NCBI GenBank assembly: GCA_041649025.1
Contig: JBAZNY010000002.1
Span: forward strand, 2,614-66,613
Origin: Bdellovibrionales bacterium
GTDB lineage: Bacteria > Pseudomonadota > Alphaproteobacteria > UBA9219
DNA: 64,000 bases
Direction: 5' to 3'
A program made the translations under genes and the position numbers. Under the pieces are notes generated by a model. It searched no databases. It had not been told where the DNA came from and saw only the letters and a program-made list of their open reading frames with translations. Positions 38,783 to 48,157 of this stretch are shown here, in pieces. The stretch's first letter is position 1, and every line of letters starts with the position of its first letter.

Positions 38783-40732
38783 ATGCCCCCATCGATTATG
38801 TCCCGTTTTGCTTTCCTTTTGCTCTCCCTCCTCGTTTTTTCCATTCCTGCCCAAGCGGCAGTCGATCATGACACTTATTATCGTAACGCTTTTGCCGCCA
38901 TCAATGCGGGAAAGCCGGATTTAGCCGAAACCTTGGCCGCGCGGGGGCCCGACCCGGTTCTCAATAAGGTTCTGCGCGGCTCCGCCATGGCGCTGGCGGA
39001 TAACAATTATTCATTCGAAAAAATCAACGCTTTCATCTCGAACAATCCAAATTGGCCGACCCTTAAAGCCATTCGGGAAATGGCTGAACAAAAAATCCCG
39101 ACGACGCTGTCGCCCGCGCAAGTTGTGGATTGGTTTTTACAGCATCCGCCTATAACGCTTGACGGCCTCTATCGCCTTGTTGAAGCGTTCGATCAACTTG
39201 GCCTTGGCGAACAAGTTCAAAAAACCGTTCGCGCGCATTGGATTGAAGGCAATTTCCGCCATGAAGAGCAAACCGCTTTTTATGCCCGCTTTGGCTCTTT
39301 ACTAAGCAGCAAAGATATGGATGCGCGCGTGGATCGCCTTATATGGGAGAACGATCGCGTTCAAGCACAGCGCATGTTGCCCTATTTGGGACAGACTTCA
39401 AAAATCGTTGTGGGCGCGCGCCTTGCCTATGCAACAAAACAAAGAAACGCGGCTTCCTGGCTGGATCGCATTCCTCCTGAAGCCCAAAACGATCCCGGGC
39501 TTATGTGCCAACGCCTGAAAGGGCATGTCAAAAACAAGGACGACGACGACGCCAACGAAATTCTGCTTAACGCGCCGGTTGAGCTTGGAAACGCCAGCGC
39601 GTGGTGGGAACAACGCAACATCATGGTGCGCCGCGCGATCGAAGCGAGAGATCATGATCTCGCCTATCGCCTCGCCTCGCGCCACGGACAAAAGGATCCG
39701 CAATCTTTGGTTCCAGCCGAGTTTTTGAGCGGTTGGCTCGCTTTACGCTTTTTGGATAAGCCCGACGCCGCCCTGCGGCATTTTCAGAGTCTCTATGACA
39801 ATGCCTCAACGCCGATATCCCGCGCGCGCGGCGCCTATTGGGTGGGACGTTCTTTTGAGGCTCTCGATAATAAAAGAGAAGCCGAAAAAGCTTATGAAAA
39901 CGCCGCTTCGTTCAGCACAACTTATTACGGCCAATTGGCGATGACCCGCCTTGATGCCGAGCCTATCTTGGTCGCAAAATCGGATCCTCCCCCGCCCGAA
40001 TCCGCCCGCGCCGCGTATTTTGCGCAAGACGGCATTCGCGCCATCGAACGCCTTGCCGATATCGGAGAATCCGGCAGAGCCAACGTTTTCTTCCGTGCGG
40101 CGGCTATAAACGCCTCAAAGCGCGAAGAGTTTATTCTTCTAACCGAAATTGCAGGGCGCATTCATCGCCCCGACTTGGGCATTCAGGCCGTTAAAGCCGC
40201 GAACCAGAAAAATATCCTTGTGCTCAATGGGGGCTTCCCCCTCATCAGCATGCGCATCCCCACGCCGCCCGAACCCGCGCTCACCCACGCCCTGATCCGG
40301 CAAGAAAGCACTTTTAATCCCGATGCCGAAAGCTCGGCCGGAGCGCGCGGATTGATGCAGCTGATGCCGCGCACTGCAAGAGAAGTGTGCAGAAAAATCG
40401 GCATTCGATACAGGGAGTACGATTTAGGCGAACCCGTCTATAACCTCCGGATAGGAACCGCTTTCGCCGCTCAACAAATCAACCGCTTTGACGGCTCTTA
40501 CATTCTGGCATTGGCCGGATACAATGCGGGGCCTGTTCGCGTCCACGAGTGGATCGAGCAATTCGGAGATCCGCGCGATAAGGATGTCGACCCCATCGAT
40601 TGGGTTGAATTAATCCCGATTCAGGAAACGCGCAATTACATACAAAGGATTATCGAAAGCCTGCAGGTCTATCGCGCAAAACTCGCGGGAGGACAGGCGC
40701 GTCTCTTGATTATCAATGACTTGAAGAGATAA
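38783..40732 (+). CDS. slt: soluble lytic murein transglycosylase (Slt family)
   Basis: Has a signal peptide, a long superhelical N-domain and the C-terminal SLT catalytic motif ALIRQESTFNPDAESSAGARGLMQLMP ... AGYNAGP. The start may be the second ATG (MSRFAF). Confidence 0.9.
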   Translation: MPPSIMSRFAFLLLSLLVFSIPAQAAVDHDTYYRNAFAAINAGKPDLAETLAARGPDPVLNKVLRGSAMALADNNYSFEKINAFISNNPNWPTLKAIREMAEQKIPTTLSPAQVVDWFLQHPPITLDGLYRLVEAFDQLGLGEQVQKTVRAHWIEGNFRHEEQTAFYARFGSLLSSKDMDARVDRLIWENDRVQAQRMLPYLGQTSKIVVGARLAYATKQRNAASWLDRIPPEAQNDPGLMCQRLKGHVKNKDDDDANEILLNAPVELGNASAWWEQRNIMVRRAIEARDHDLAYRLASRHGQKDPQSLVPAEFLSGWLALRFLDKPDAALRHFQSLYDNASTPISRARGAYWVGRSFEALDNKREAEKAYENAASFSTTYYGQLAMTRLDAEPILVAKSDPPPPESARAAYFAQDGIRAIERLADIGESGRANVFFRAAAINASKREEFILLTEIAGRIHRPDLGIQAVKAANQKNILVLNGGFPLISMRIPTPPEPALTHALIRQESTFNPDAESSAGARGLMQLMPRTAREVCRKIGIRYREYDLGEPVYNLRIGTAFAAQQINRFDGSYILALAGYNAGPVRVHEWIEQFGDPRDKDVDPIDWVELIPIQETRNYIQRIIESLQVYRAKLAGGQARLLIINDLKR

Positions 40733-40869
40733 TCCGCGATCGTTTCGTATGGGAGCGTTCAGCTCCCATACGAAGCGTGAATCGCCGGATTTTCATTAAT
40801 ATATCCGTTTCGCCGTTTATTCTGTCCCCGTTTTTTGCTAGGATGTCCCGCTTCATTAAGGGGGTTCAT

Positions 40870-41193
40870 ATGCCTTCCGAGTGGCTCTATCTGTGTATCG
40901 GCGTCATCATCCTGTCCGTCGCAGGATTTGTCTGCATGGCCGTCCTTTGGCTGCGCAAATTACGCGAGAGCGTCATTGCCTCTTTAAGCGAAGTGGCGGA
41001 ACAGCAAATTCGCTCTGCTCAACGCACATGCGAATCCATAGCTCAAATCCAGAAGCAACAGGACACTTATAATCAGCAGATTCACTCTCTGGCACAGGCG
41101 GGGCTGAGACTGCAGCAAGAGATATCAAGTGTTTCGAACCGCCTGAGCAACACGCAGTCGGAAAACGTCCGCGGCGGGCAGACGCTGCACTAG
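40870..41193 (+). CDS. hypothetical membrane-anchored coiled-coil protein
   Basis: Start refined to the ATG at 40870 (MPSEWLYLCIGVIILSVAGFV). Has one TM segment followed by a Q-rich helix. Confidence 0.4.
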   Translation: MPSEWLYLCIGVIILSVAGFVCMAVLWLRKLRESVIASLSEVAEQQIRSAQRTCESIAQIQKQQDTYNQQIHSLAQAGLRLQQEISSVSNRLSNTQSENVRGGQTLH

Positions 41194-41230
41194 CGCAAAA
41201 ACTTTTATTTGGGTGGCAGAATAACGTCGA

Positions 41231-41791
41231 TCAGGAGCGCTTGACGATATGGTCGATTTCTTTTTGCACCAGCCGCTCGACAACGGTAGGCAAGTTCTTC
41301 TCGAGCCAATCTTTCAACAACGGACGCATCAACTCGATCACCATATCTTCAAGCGTGCGGCGGCCATTGCCCACGAATGTCGCGCTGCTGGGCGACGAAG
41401 ACAGGCGTTCGATTTCTATCGTGTTCGCCAAAGACGAAAGCGTTGACGCCGCCGTGCTCGCAACAGGTTCGGAAATTAAAGCTTCCGCCGGAGCTTTCGG
41501 CGCCGGTGGCGGCGACGGGGGTGGCGGAGGAGGCGGCGGTGGAGGGGGCGGCGGAGGTGGAGGTGGAGGGGGCGGAGCTGCGGCTACAGGCTCCTTTGGG
41601 GCATTAACATCCTTCACAGAACCATCCTCTTGAATCACTTGCGTTAATTCCAAAACTTCTTCCTGCGGCGCTGGTTCGGCTTCTTTGGGCGCGGCTTCGG
41701 CGGGCGGATTATCATCAGAGATAATTTTGCGAATAGATGCAAGTATCTCTTCCATCGATGGATCGGCATTAGGCTCGGTGTCTTCAGCCAT
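41231..41791 (-). CDS. popZ: PopZ-like pole-organizing protein (DUF2497)
   Basis: The N-terminus has MEEILASIRKIISDD, followed by a Pro-rich linker. The C-terminus (LEDMVIELMRPLLKDWLEKNLPTVVERLVQKEIDHI) matches the DUF2497/PopZ pattern. Confidence 0.8.
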   Translation of the reverse strand: MAEDTEPNADPSMEEILASIRKIISDDNPPAEAAPKEAEPAPQEEVLELTQVIQEDGSVKDVNAPKEPVAAAPPPPPPPPPPPPPPPPPPPPSPPPAPKAPAEALISEPVASTAASTLSSLANTIEIERLSSSPSSATFVGNGRRTLEDMVIELMRPLLKDWLEKNLPTVVERLVQKEIDHIVKRS

Positions 41792-42095
41792 TGGGTTCTC
41801 TCAAACTGGGATATCCGCACGAATCGAGACAAGTACAACAGCGGAAGTCTATCGGTTTTTAACCTTGTTGCAAGATGGAAACAAAGGGAAAATCGCATTT
41901 TGGCAAAAAACCCTGTGCTGCCGCACTAGACCGAGCTTTTAGAAGATTCAATTCCTGCGTACTCGTAAGCCGTGAGAAAAATTCCTGCCGTCTTTTGCGG
42001 AAGAAAAACCGAGTCGTAGTGACAAATATTCTTGTAATTCAACGAAATTACGCTGTTGCGCTTCCTCCCCCTGCCCTTTATACATAGCCCCCGAT

Positions 42096-42170
<75 letters not shown>

Positions 42171-42292
42171 CCCTGCGCTAAAGCTTCGGGTGGCAAGCCA
42201 TTTATCTCAATTTTCATAAAGTCCCTTGCCAATTTCTTTGTTGCGGCGAGACTAGAGCCAGTCAAAAAGCAACAGACAAGGTTCTTCGTTCA

Positions 42293-42820
42293 ATGCCCTG
42301 CGCCCCCCTTCCCTCGCCTCTTGCCCGCATAACATTGCGAGCCGTTTCGGCACCCACGCTGCAAAAGATGATCGACGCCCTCATGCGCAAGATGCAGGGT
42401 CGGCATCCGCGCTTGTTTCAAAATCTTGAGCGTTTGGACGCGGCTTCGATCTGCTTTGAGCCTTCCGATGTCCCGCATCGCTTTCTTTTGACCTTTGGAC
42501 GCGACGGAAACTCCTTTGTCGTTATGGATTCTAAACAAGACGCCTGCGACGCGCGCATTAAGGGGAAACTCGACACCCTGCTTAACATGCTTGAAGGGCG
42601 TATCGACGGCGACAAATTGTTTTTTTCGCGCGACATCGAGATATCGGGGAACACCGCCGCCGTCGTCGCCTTGCGCAACACGCTCGACCGCGAAGAAATT
42701 GATTTGCTGGACGATGTCGCGTCGCTGTTTGGCCCCTTCAAGTCGCCCGTCCGAGAGGCCGTTTTGCTTGCCGATTGCATCGCGCGACATATTAGAGACC
42801 GCCGTGGAATCATGAAATGA
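42293..42820 (+). CDS. ubiT: SCP2-domain ubiquinone biosynthesis accessory factor UbiT (YhbT-like)
   Basis: The 175-aa product has DGDKLFFSRDIEISGNTAAVVALRNTLD, matching the YhbT/UbiT C-terminal signature. It lies directly upstream of two U32-family genes. Confidence 0.8.
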   Translation: MPCAPLPSPLARITLRAVSAPTLQKMIDALMRKMQGRHPRLFQNLERLDAASICFEPSDVPHRFLLTFGRDGNSFVVMDSKQDACDARIKGKLDTLLNMLEGRIDGDKLFFSRDIEISGNTAAVVALRNTLDREEIDLLDDVASLFGPFKSPVREAVLLADCIARHIRDRRGIMK

Positions 42821-43929
42821 GCCGATCTCGGATATTGAGGCGAAAAACGCGTTTTTCGAGAACCGCAGCGCAAGCGTACGTTAAAGGTACGTGCGCAGCG
42901 GAAGCGCAGAAAAACGCGTTTTGCAGCCCAAGAGACGAGATCGGCCTGCTTGAGCTTGTTTGTCCTGCAGGTACGCCCGCAGCCTTGCGCGCCGCGATAG
43001 ATGCAGGAGCCGATACCGTATACTGCGGCTATCGCAATTGCACGAATGCGCGCAATTATCCGGGCTTAAACTTCGATCAGGACGAGATGATTGAAGGCGT
43101 TTCTTATGCGCACGCGCGCGGGCGCAAAGTCCTTGTCGCCGTCAATACCTTCCCGCGCGCGGGGGAAGAAAAACCGTGGCACAAGGCCATCGACGACGCG
43201 GCGGAGGCCAAAGCCGACGCCGTCATTCTGGCCGACATCGGCGTTTTGGATTACGCAACGCGGCATTATCCCAAGTTGCGGCGACATTTGTCGGTGCAGG
43301 CCTCTGCAGCCAACGCCATGTCCATTTCCTTCTATCGGGATAAGTTCGATGTCAAACGCGTCGTCCTGCCGCGCGTGTTGTCCATAGAGGACATTGCGGC
43401 GCTGATCAAAAAAACAGGTATAGAAACGGAAGTGTTTGCGTTCGGCAGCGTCGGGCCGATGTCGGAAGGACGCTGCTTTTTGTCGTCTTACATGACGGGG
43501 CTATCCCCAACCAGCGAGGGCGTATGCGCGCCTGCCGCCTCCGTTTCTTACAAAGAATGCGGCGACGGAATGAAATCGTGTCTTGGATGTGTGACATTGA
43601 ATAAATTTTCTTCAGGCGAGCCCGCCCCCTACCCCACACCCTGCAAAGGCAGGTATGTGGCGCGCGGCAAGGCTTCGTATCTTTTCGAGGAACCCATCGG
43701 CCTCAATGCCATCGATATTCTGCCGCAATTAAAAGCCGCGGGCGTTACGGCGCTGAAAATCGAAGGCCGCCAGCGCAGCCGCGCCTATGTCGCCGAGGTC
43801 GTCGGAACGTTCCGCAAAGCTTTGGACGCCTTGGCGCAAGGCAGCACTAAATCATTCGTCAATGATTTGAAAAACGTCGCCGAAGGCGGGCGCGAAACAT
43901 TCGGCGCCTATAAAAAGGGGTGGAGATGA
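42817..43929 (+). CDS. ubiU: U32-family ubiquinone hydroxylase subunit UbiU (YhbU-like)
   Basis: LLELVCPAGTPAALRAAIDAGADTVYCGY...NARNYPGLNF...SVQASA aligns by eye with E. coli YhbU. The ATG at 42817 overlaps the ubiT stop as ATGA and gives an N-terminal extension of about 40 aa relative to YhbU. The true start may be internal and non-ATG. Confidence 0.85.
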   Translation: MSRSRILRRKTRFSRTAAQAYVKGTCAAEAQKNAFCSPRDEIGLLELVCPAGTPAALRAAIDAGADTVYCGYRNCTNARNYPGLNFDQDEMIEGVSYAHARGRKVLVAVNTFPRAGEEKPWHKAIDDAAEAKADAVILADIGVLDYATRHYPKLRRHLSVQASAANAMSISFYRDKFDVKRVVLPRVLSIEDIAALIKKTGIETEVFAFGSVGPMSEGRCFLSSYMTGLSPTSEGVCAPAASVSYKECGDGMKSCLGCVTLNKFSSGEPAPYPTPCKGRYVARGKASYLFEEPIGLNAIDILPQLKAAGVTALKIEGRQRSRAYVAEVVGTFRKALDALAQGSTKSFVNDLKNVAEGGRETFGAYKKGWR

Positions 43930-44846
43930 AGAATCCGCCCGCAAAAACACTTAAAAAATCAAGCAAACTGACTCTCGGCCCGTTGTTCTTCAACTGGCCG
44001 CCCGAAAAGCGGCGCGATTTTTATTACCGCATCGCGGACGAAGCGGATATCGACATCGTTTATCTGGGTGAAGTCGTTTGCTCGAAGCGCGAGCCGTTTT
44101 TTGAGAAGTTTTTGCCGAAAGTTGCCGAGCGTTTACGCAACGGGGGGAAAGAAATGGTTCTTTCGACGCTCGCGCTTGTCACGACAGAACGCGAAATGAA
44201 GGCGATTACCGAACGCGTCAAACAAGCTTTTCTGGTCGAGGCCAACGACGTTGCGTGTTTGCAGGCGTTGAACGGAAAACCCCATGTTATAGGGCCTTTT
44301 ATCAATGTTTTTAACGAAAGCGCCCGAGATTTTCTGATCCGCAACAAAGCCAAGCGCATAGTTCTGCCTGTCGAAATTCCGGCGACCTCCATTAAAATCG
44401 TCGCCAGCAAAAGCAAAACCGAAACGGAGGTCATGGTTTTTGGACGCCAGCCTTTGTCGGTCGCCATGCGGTGCTATCACGCTCGTGCGCATGGGCTGAA
44501 CAAAGACTCCTGCCAATTTGTTTGCGGAAAAAGTCCGGACGGCCTTGCGGTTGATACAATGGACAAGCAGCCGATTTTAACCATCAACGGCACACAGACT
44601 CTTTCGCATGGCTATGGCGTGTTGCTGAACGAGCTGGCGGCGCTCCAAAAAATGGGCGTCACGCATTTTCGCCTTTCGCCACAGGACATAGATATGGTCG
44701 GGGTCGCCGCGCTCTATCGCGCCGTCTTAGATAAAAAATCCTCGCCCAAAGAAGCGCTCGCAAAACTCAAAAAACTGACGGGCAATGTGCCGTATGTGAA
44801 CGGGTTTTATTATGGGAAAGAAGGATTAATGTTTGCAAAAAATTAA
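43926..44846 (+). CDS. ubiV: U32-family ubiquinone hydroxylase subunit UbiV (YhbV-like)
   Basis: KLTLGPLFFNWPPEK...VYLGEVVCSKR...VLSTLALV aligns by eye with E. coli YhbV. The ATG at 43926 overlaps the ubiU stop as ATGA. Confidence 0.85.
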   Translation: MKNPPAKTLKKSSKLTLGPLFFNWPPEKRRDFYYRIADEADIDIVYLGEVVCSKREPFFEKFLPKVAERLRNGGKEMVLSTLALVTTEREMKAITERVKQAFLVEANDVACLQALNGKPHVIGPFINVFNESARDFLIRNKAKRIVLPVEIPATSIKIVASKSKTETEVMVFGRQPLSVAMRCYHARAHGLNKDSCQFVCGKSPDGLAVDTMDKQPILTINGTQTLSHGYGVLLNELAALQKMGVTHFRLSPQDIDMVGVAALYRAVLDKKSSPKEALAKLKKLTGNVPYVNGFYYGKEGLMFAKN

Positions 44847-45040
44847 CGATCAAACTGTTTGCTTCATAAACAAAATTTTGAAAACAGTTTGATAGATGTA
44901 ATCTTTTTACTGCCAACTTTAAAAATTATATTAACAATATTTAAACCGTAGTTTGTTATATTACGTGCATTAAAGCATAAAATGCACTTTGGTTTTATAT
45001 AACTTTTTTGCGAGTGTTTTTAGAAAAAAGGGAATTGAAT

Positions 45041-45718
45041 ATGTCCCCCAAAATTCAGTGTTACATTCCGCCATCCATACGTGCCGCCAGAAATGGCGCT
45101 GAGGGTATTAGAGCTTTTGCAGAAGCAGGCGGTAAGTTTACAGACGAAGAAACAGATAGTTTGGGCATTACGGCTGCTATGTACGCCGTATCTGAAGGTT
45201 CTGCAGCCATCAAGGCTTATTCGGAAGCCGGTGGAAAATTTACCGATAAGGCTGACCATCAAGGCATCACGGCAGCCATGCGTGCTGCCAAAAATGGCGC
45301 TGAGGATATTAAAGCTTTTGTCGAAGCCGGCGGTAAGTTTACAGATCAACAGGACGAGGACATGGGCTGGACAGCAGCTATGTATGCCTGTGAAGGGGGA
45401 AATCCAGAAAACATCAAGGCTTATGTGAAAGCAGGTGGAAAGTTTACGGATCAACAAACCTTCGACGGGTCAACAGTTGCCACAATTGTCATCTTTTACG
45501 GAGCTGAAGGTATAAAAGCCTACGCGGAAGCCGGTGGAAAGTTTACGGATCAACCGGACAAGGAGGGCAAGACACATTCCATGTACGCTGCCGAAGCAGG
45601 GGATGAGGCTGCGAAGGCTTTTGAGGAAGCCACAAATCACCGTGATGGCAACGACCCTGAACCGAGAATACCTACCCAGCGTCCGGCCTCAAAGTATACC
45701 CTTCGCCCCGCACCGTGA
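45041..45718 (+). CDS. degenerate ankyrin-like repeat protein (five units of about 33 aa)
   Basis: The unit G-(I/W)TAAMYA...G...IKA(F/Y).EAGGKFTD... recurs five times with a 33-aa period. An AT-rich region lies upstream. The 3' end overlaps the convergent response regulator gene by 47 nt. Confidence 0.65.
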   Translation: MSPKIQCYIPPSIRAARNGAEGIRAFAEAGGKFTDEETDSLGITAAMYAVSEGSAAIKAYSEAGGKFTDKADHQGITAAMRAAKNGAEDIKAFVEAGGKFTDQQDEDMGWTAAMYACEGGNPENIKAYVKAGGKFTDQQTFDGSTVATIVIFYGAEGIKAYAEAGGKFTDQPDKEGKTHSMYAAEAGDEAAKAFEEATNHRDGNDPEPRIPTQRPASKYTLRPAP

Positions 45719-46385
45719 TCAAATAACGCGGGTTTTTGGCGTCGGCTTCGATTTTGCGGCGCAGCCGCGTCACCTGCACGTCGATAGTGCGGTCGTTAAT
45801 TTCCTGCCCTGCCGCGCTGCGCTCAACCAACGTTTCGCGGCTCAACACCTGCCCTTGCGCATCGGCCAGCGCGCGCATAAGCGCCGCCTCCATGCCCGTC
45901 AGCACGACGACTTCATCGGCGGATTTAAGCTCATTGCGTTCGGGATCATACGTCCACGCCCCCAAATGAAGTTCTGTTTTGGCGGCGGCTTTCGGTTTCG
46001 GCGCGCGGCGCAAAATGGCGTTGATGCGCAGCAATAACTCACGCGGCTCGAACGGTTTCATCAGATAATCGTCGGCGCCCGCTTCAAGCCCTTCAATGCG
46101 GTCATCCGTTTCGCCTTTTGCCGTAAGCAAAAGAATGGGCAACGGACGCAGCGACGTATCGGCCTCGCGCAAGGCGCGGGTCAGGTCAAACCCGTTTTCG
46201 CCCGGCATCATAACGTCCAGAACCATAAGATCGAAGGCAAGGCTTTTGAGTTTTGCGCGGGCATCCGCAGCGCTTTTCGCCGTCGCAACGATGAATCCCT
46301 GATCGCTCAGATAGCGCCCCAAAAGGCTGCGCAACCGCGTGTCGTCGTCAACGACAAGGATGTGAGGGGCAAGAGAGAGAGACAC
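45672..46385 (-). CDS. OmpR/PhoB-family response regulator (receiver + winged-helix)
   Basis: The receiver has ILVVDDD, LMVLDVMMPGENG, LLLTAKG and YLMKPF. The C-terminal winged-helix region has LSRETLVE...DRTIDVQVTRLRRKIE...ITVRGEGY. Confidence 0.9.
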   Translation of the reverse strand: MSLSLAPHILVVDDDTRLRSLLGRYLSDQGFIVATAKSAADARAKLKSLAFDLMVLDVMMPGENGFDLTRALREADTSLRPLPILLLTAKGETDDRIEGLEAGADDYLMKPFEPRELLLRINAILRRAPKPKAAAKTELHLGAWTYDPERNELKSADEVVVLTGMEAALMRALADAQGQVLSRETLVERSAAGQEINDRTIDVQVTRLRRKIEADAKNPRYLITVRGEGYTLRPDAG

Positions 46386-46436
46386 GGAAAAGCCTATGCT
46401 GATTCAGGAAACGCTCATCGCCGCTATATCAAACGG

Positions 46437-46772
46437 TTACCCGTTAGCAGGTGTCTTCAAAGAATAAAGTGTGGTCGATACGCCCGTCGATCTAGCGACA
46501 ATGGTTATGATTTCTTCCCCACACTTACACAATTTTTCCGCCGCTTCCAACGTATGAATTCCAGTTATAGCCTTCTTGCTGGTCGCAACAACAACATAGG
46601 CTTTATTGCTCTCAGAAGGATCTACAATGGCGCGCCTGACATTTTCTCTGGAAACACCCATTGGGCCAAAACCAAACTGCCTGAAAGACTGATGGTATTT
46701 GATGGTTTTCTCAAAATGTTCAAGCTCCGTATTTTCGCTGGGTTTAACTAAAATAACTTCTAAAATAGCCAT
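46437..46772 (-). CDS. hypothetical protein (111 aa)
   Basis: The ATG at 46772 has a strong GGAGGT RBS 4-9 nt upstream (ACCTCC at 46776-46781 on the + strand). The region has locally lower G+C. No recognisable motif. Confidence 0.5.
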   Translation of the reverse strand: MAILEVILVKPSENTELEHFEKTIKYHQSFRQFGFGPMGVSRENVRRAIVDPSESNKAYVVVATSKKAITGIHTLEAAEKLCKCGEEIITIVARSTGVSTTLYSLKTPANG

Positions 46773-46862
46773 TTTACCTCCGATTGAAATAACATCTAAC
46801 TCCTTGGATAAACTAGGCACCCCATTTTGCCAAGTCAATATCCTGTAAAAACGGGCGTATAT

Positions 46863-47762
46863 TTAGCTTTTTCTCTCCACCACAAACCTTGCGACCTCTT
46901 CAAGATGCTTTGCGCGGCCGCCAAATACCGACAAATGGTTAATGGCTTGTTCCGACAAAAGCTTGGCTTGCGAGCGTGCGCGTTCGGCCCCCAAAATCGT
47001 GACAAACGTCGCTTTGCCCGCCACCGCATCGCGGCCCACCGGCTTGCCGGTTTCGGCCTCATTTCCTTCGGCATCGAGCAAATCGTCGATAATCTGGAAC
47101 GCCAAGCCGAGATCATGCGCATAGGCGCGAAGCGCGTTGCTGTGCTGCGTCGAAGCCTTGCCCAAAATGGCTCCGGCCTCGGTCGAAACGGCAATCAGCT
47201 CGCCCGTTTTCATGCGCTGAAGGCGCGTAATCGCGCCGATGTCGAGTTCCGTGGTTTCCGCTATCAAATCAAGCATCTGACCGCCCACCATGCCTTGCAT
47301 ACCCGACGCTCTCGCCACTGCGGAAACAAGGCGGCAACGCACCGCAGGATCTTCGTGCGTGCGCGGGTCGGAGAGTATTTCAAACGCGACCGTCAGCAAC
47401 GCATCGCCCGCCAGAATAGCCGTCGCTTCGTCGAATTTCTTATGGACAGTCGGGCTGCCGCGCCTCAAATCGGAATTGTCCATCGCCGGCAGATCGTCAT
47501 GCACCAAAGAATAACAATGCACGCATTCAATGGCCGCCGCCGCGCGCAAAGCGCATTCATCGCTGACGCCAAAAATGCGCGCCGAACTCATGACCAAAAA
47601 AGGGCGCAGGCGCTTGCCGCCGTTAAGCGTCGCATACCGCATTGCCTCGAACAGTTTGTTTTCCGGAAATTCGGACTTCGGCAAAAGACGTTCAAGCGCA
47701 TGAACCACCGCGTTAGCGGACTCGGACATCGCGGAAGCAAGATTGGGGCTGACTGAGGGCAT
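46863..47762 (-). CDS. ispA: (2E,6E)-farnesyl diphosphate synthase / polyprenyl synthetase
   Basis: Has the first Asp-rich motif LVHDDLPAMDNSDLRRG and the second motif FQIIDDLLD. The xseB-ispA arrangement is classic. Confidence 0.9.
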   Translation of the reverse strand: MPSVSPNLASAMSESANAVVHALERLLPKSEFPENKLFEAMRYATLNGGKRLRPFLVMSSARIFGVSDECALRAAAAIECVHCYSLVHDDLPAMDNSDLRRGSPTVHKKFDEATAILAGDALLTVAFEILSDPRTHEDPAVRCRLVSAVARASGMQGMVGGQMLDLIAETTELDIGAITRLQRMKTGELIAVSTEAGAILGKASTQHSNALRAYAHDLGLAFQIIDDLLDAEGNEAETGKPVGRDAVAGKATFVTILGAERARSQAKLLSEQAINHLSVFGGRAKHLEEVARFVVERKS

Positions 47763-47781
47763 GGGAAAAAGGGGGTTGGGT

Positions 47782-48036
47782 TTAAGAATTAAACGGTTTG
47801 GACGAAACGATGCCGTCAGCGCCGACGGTTATCTGCTCGATCTTGGCCTGAGCCTCGCGCAGTTTCGACTCGCAATGCCTTTTCAGCATAGCGCCGCGTT
47901 CGTATGCTTTGATCGCGTCGTCGAGCTTGGCCTTGCCGTCTTCAAGCTGCTTGACCAACTTTTCAAGTTCGGACAAAGCCTCTTCAAAACCAAGGGCGGC
48001 AATATCGGCCGGAACGGGGGGCACAGTTTCCTTCAT
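47782..48036 (-). CDS. xseB: exodeoxyribonuclease VII small subunit
   Basis: The 84-aa product has FEEALSELEKLVKQLEDGKAKLDDAIKAYERG, typical of XseB. Confidence 0.9.
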   Translation of the reverse strand: MKETVPPVPADIAALGFEEALSELEKLVKQLEDGKAKLDDAIKAYERGAMLKRHCESKLREAQAKIEQITVGADGIVSSKPFNS

Positions 48037-48089
48037 GGGCGGGGACTTTAGGATTTTGGCCCTTTAAGCGCAAGTAAGAAGAACCGCGC

Positions 48090-48118
48090 TTGACTCCTCT
48101 CTGGGCATTAAGAATACT
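48090..48118 (+). promoter_or_regulatory. candidate sigma-70 promoter of glyA
   Basis: TTGACT (48090-48095), a 17-nt spacer, then AATACT (48113-48118), about 40 nt upstream of the glyA ATG. Sequence match only. Confidence 0.25.
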
Positions 48119-48157
48119 CATTATTATTCAAGGTTCCGTCCCTCCTAAGGAGCTGCA

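Noticed and set aside
41241-41633. 130-aa plus-strand ORF with a poly-Gly run.
   Set aside because: It is the antisense reading of the PopZ polyproline tract. The minus strand carries the conserved PopZ N- and C-terminal motifs.
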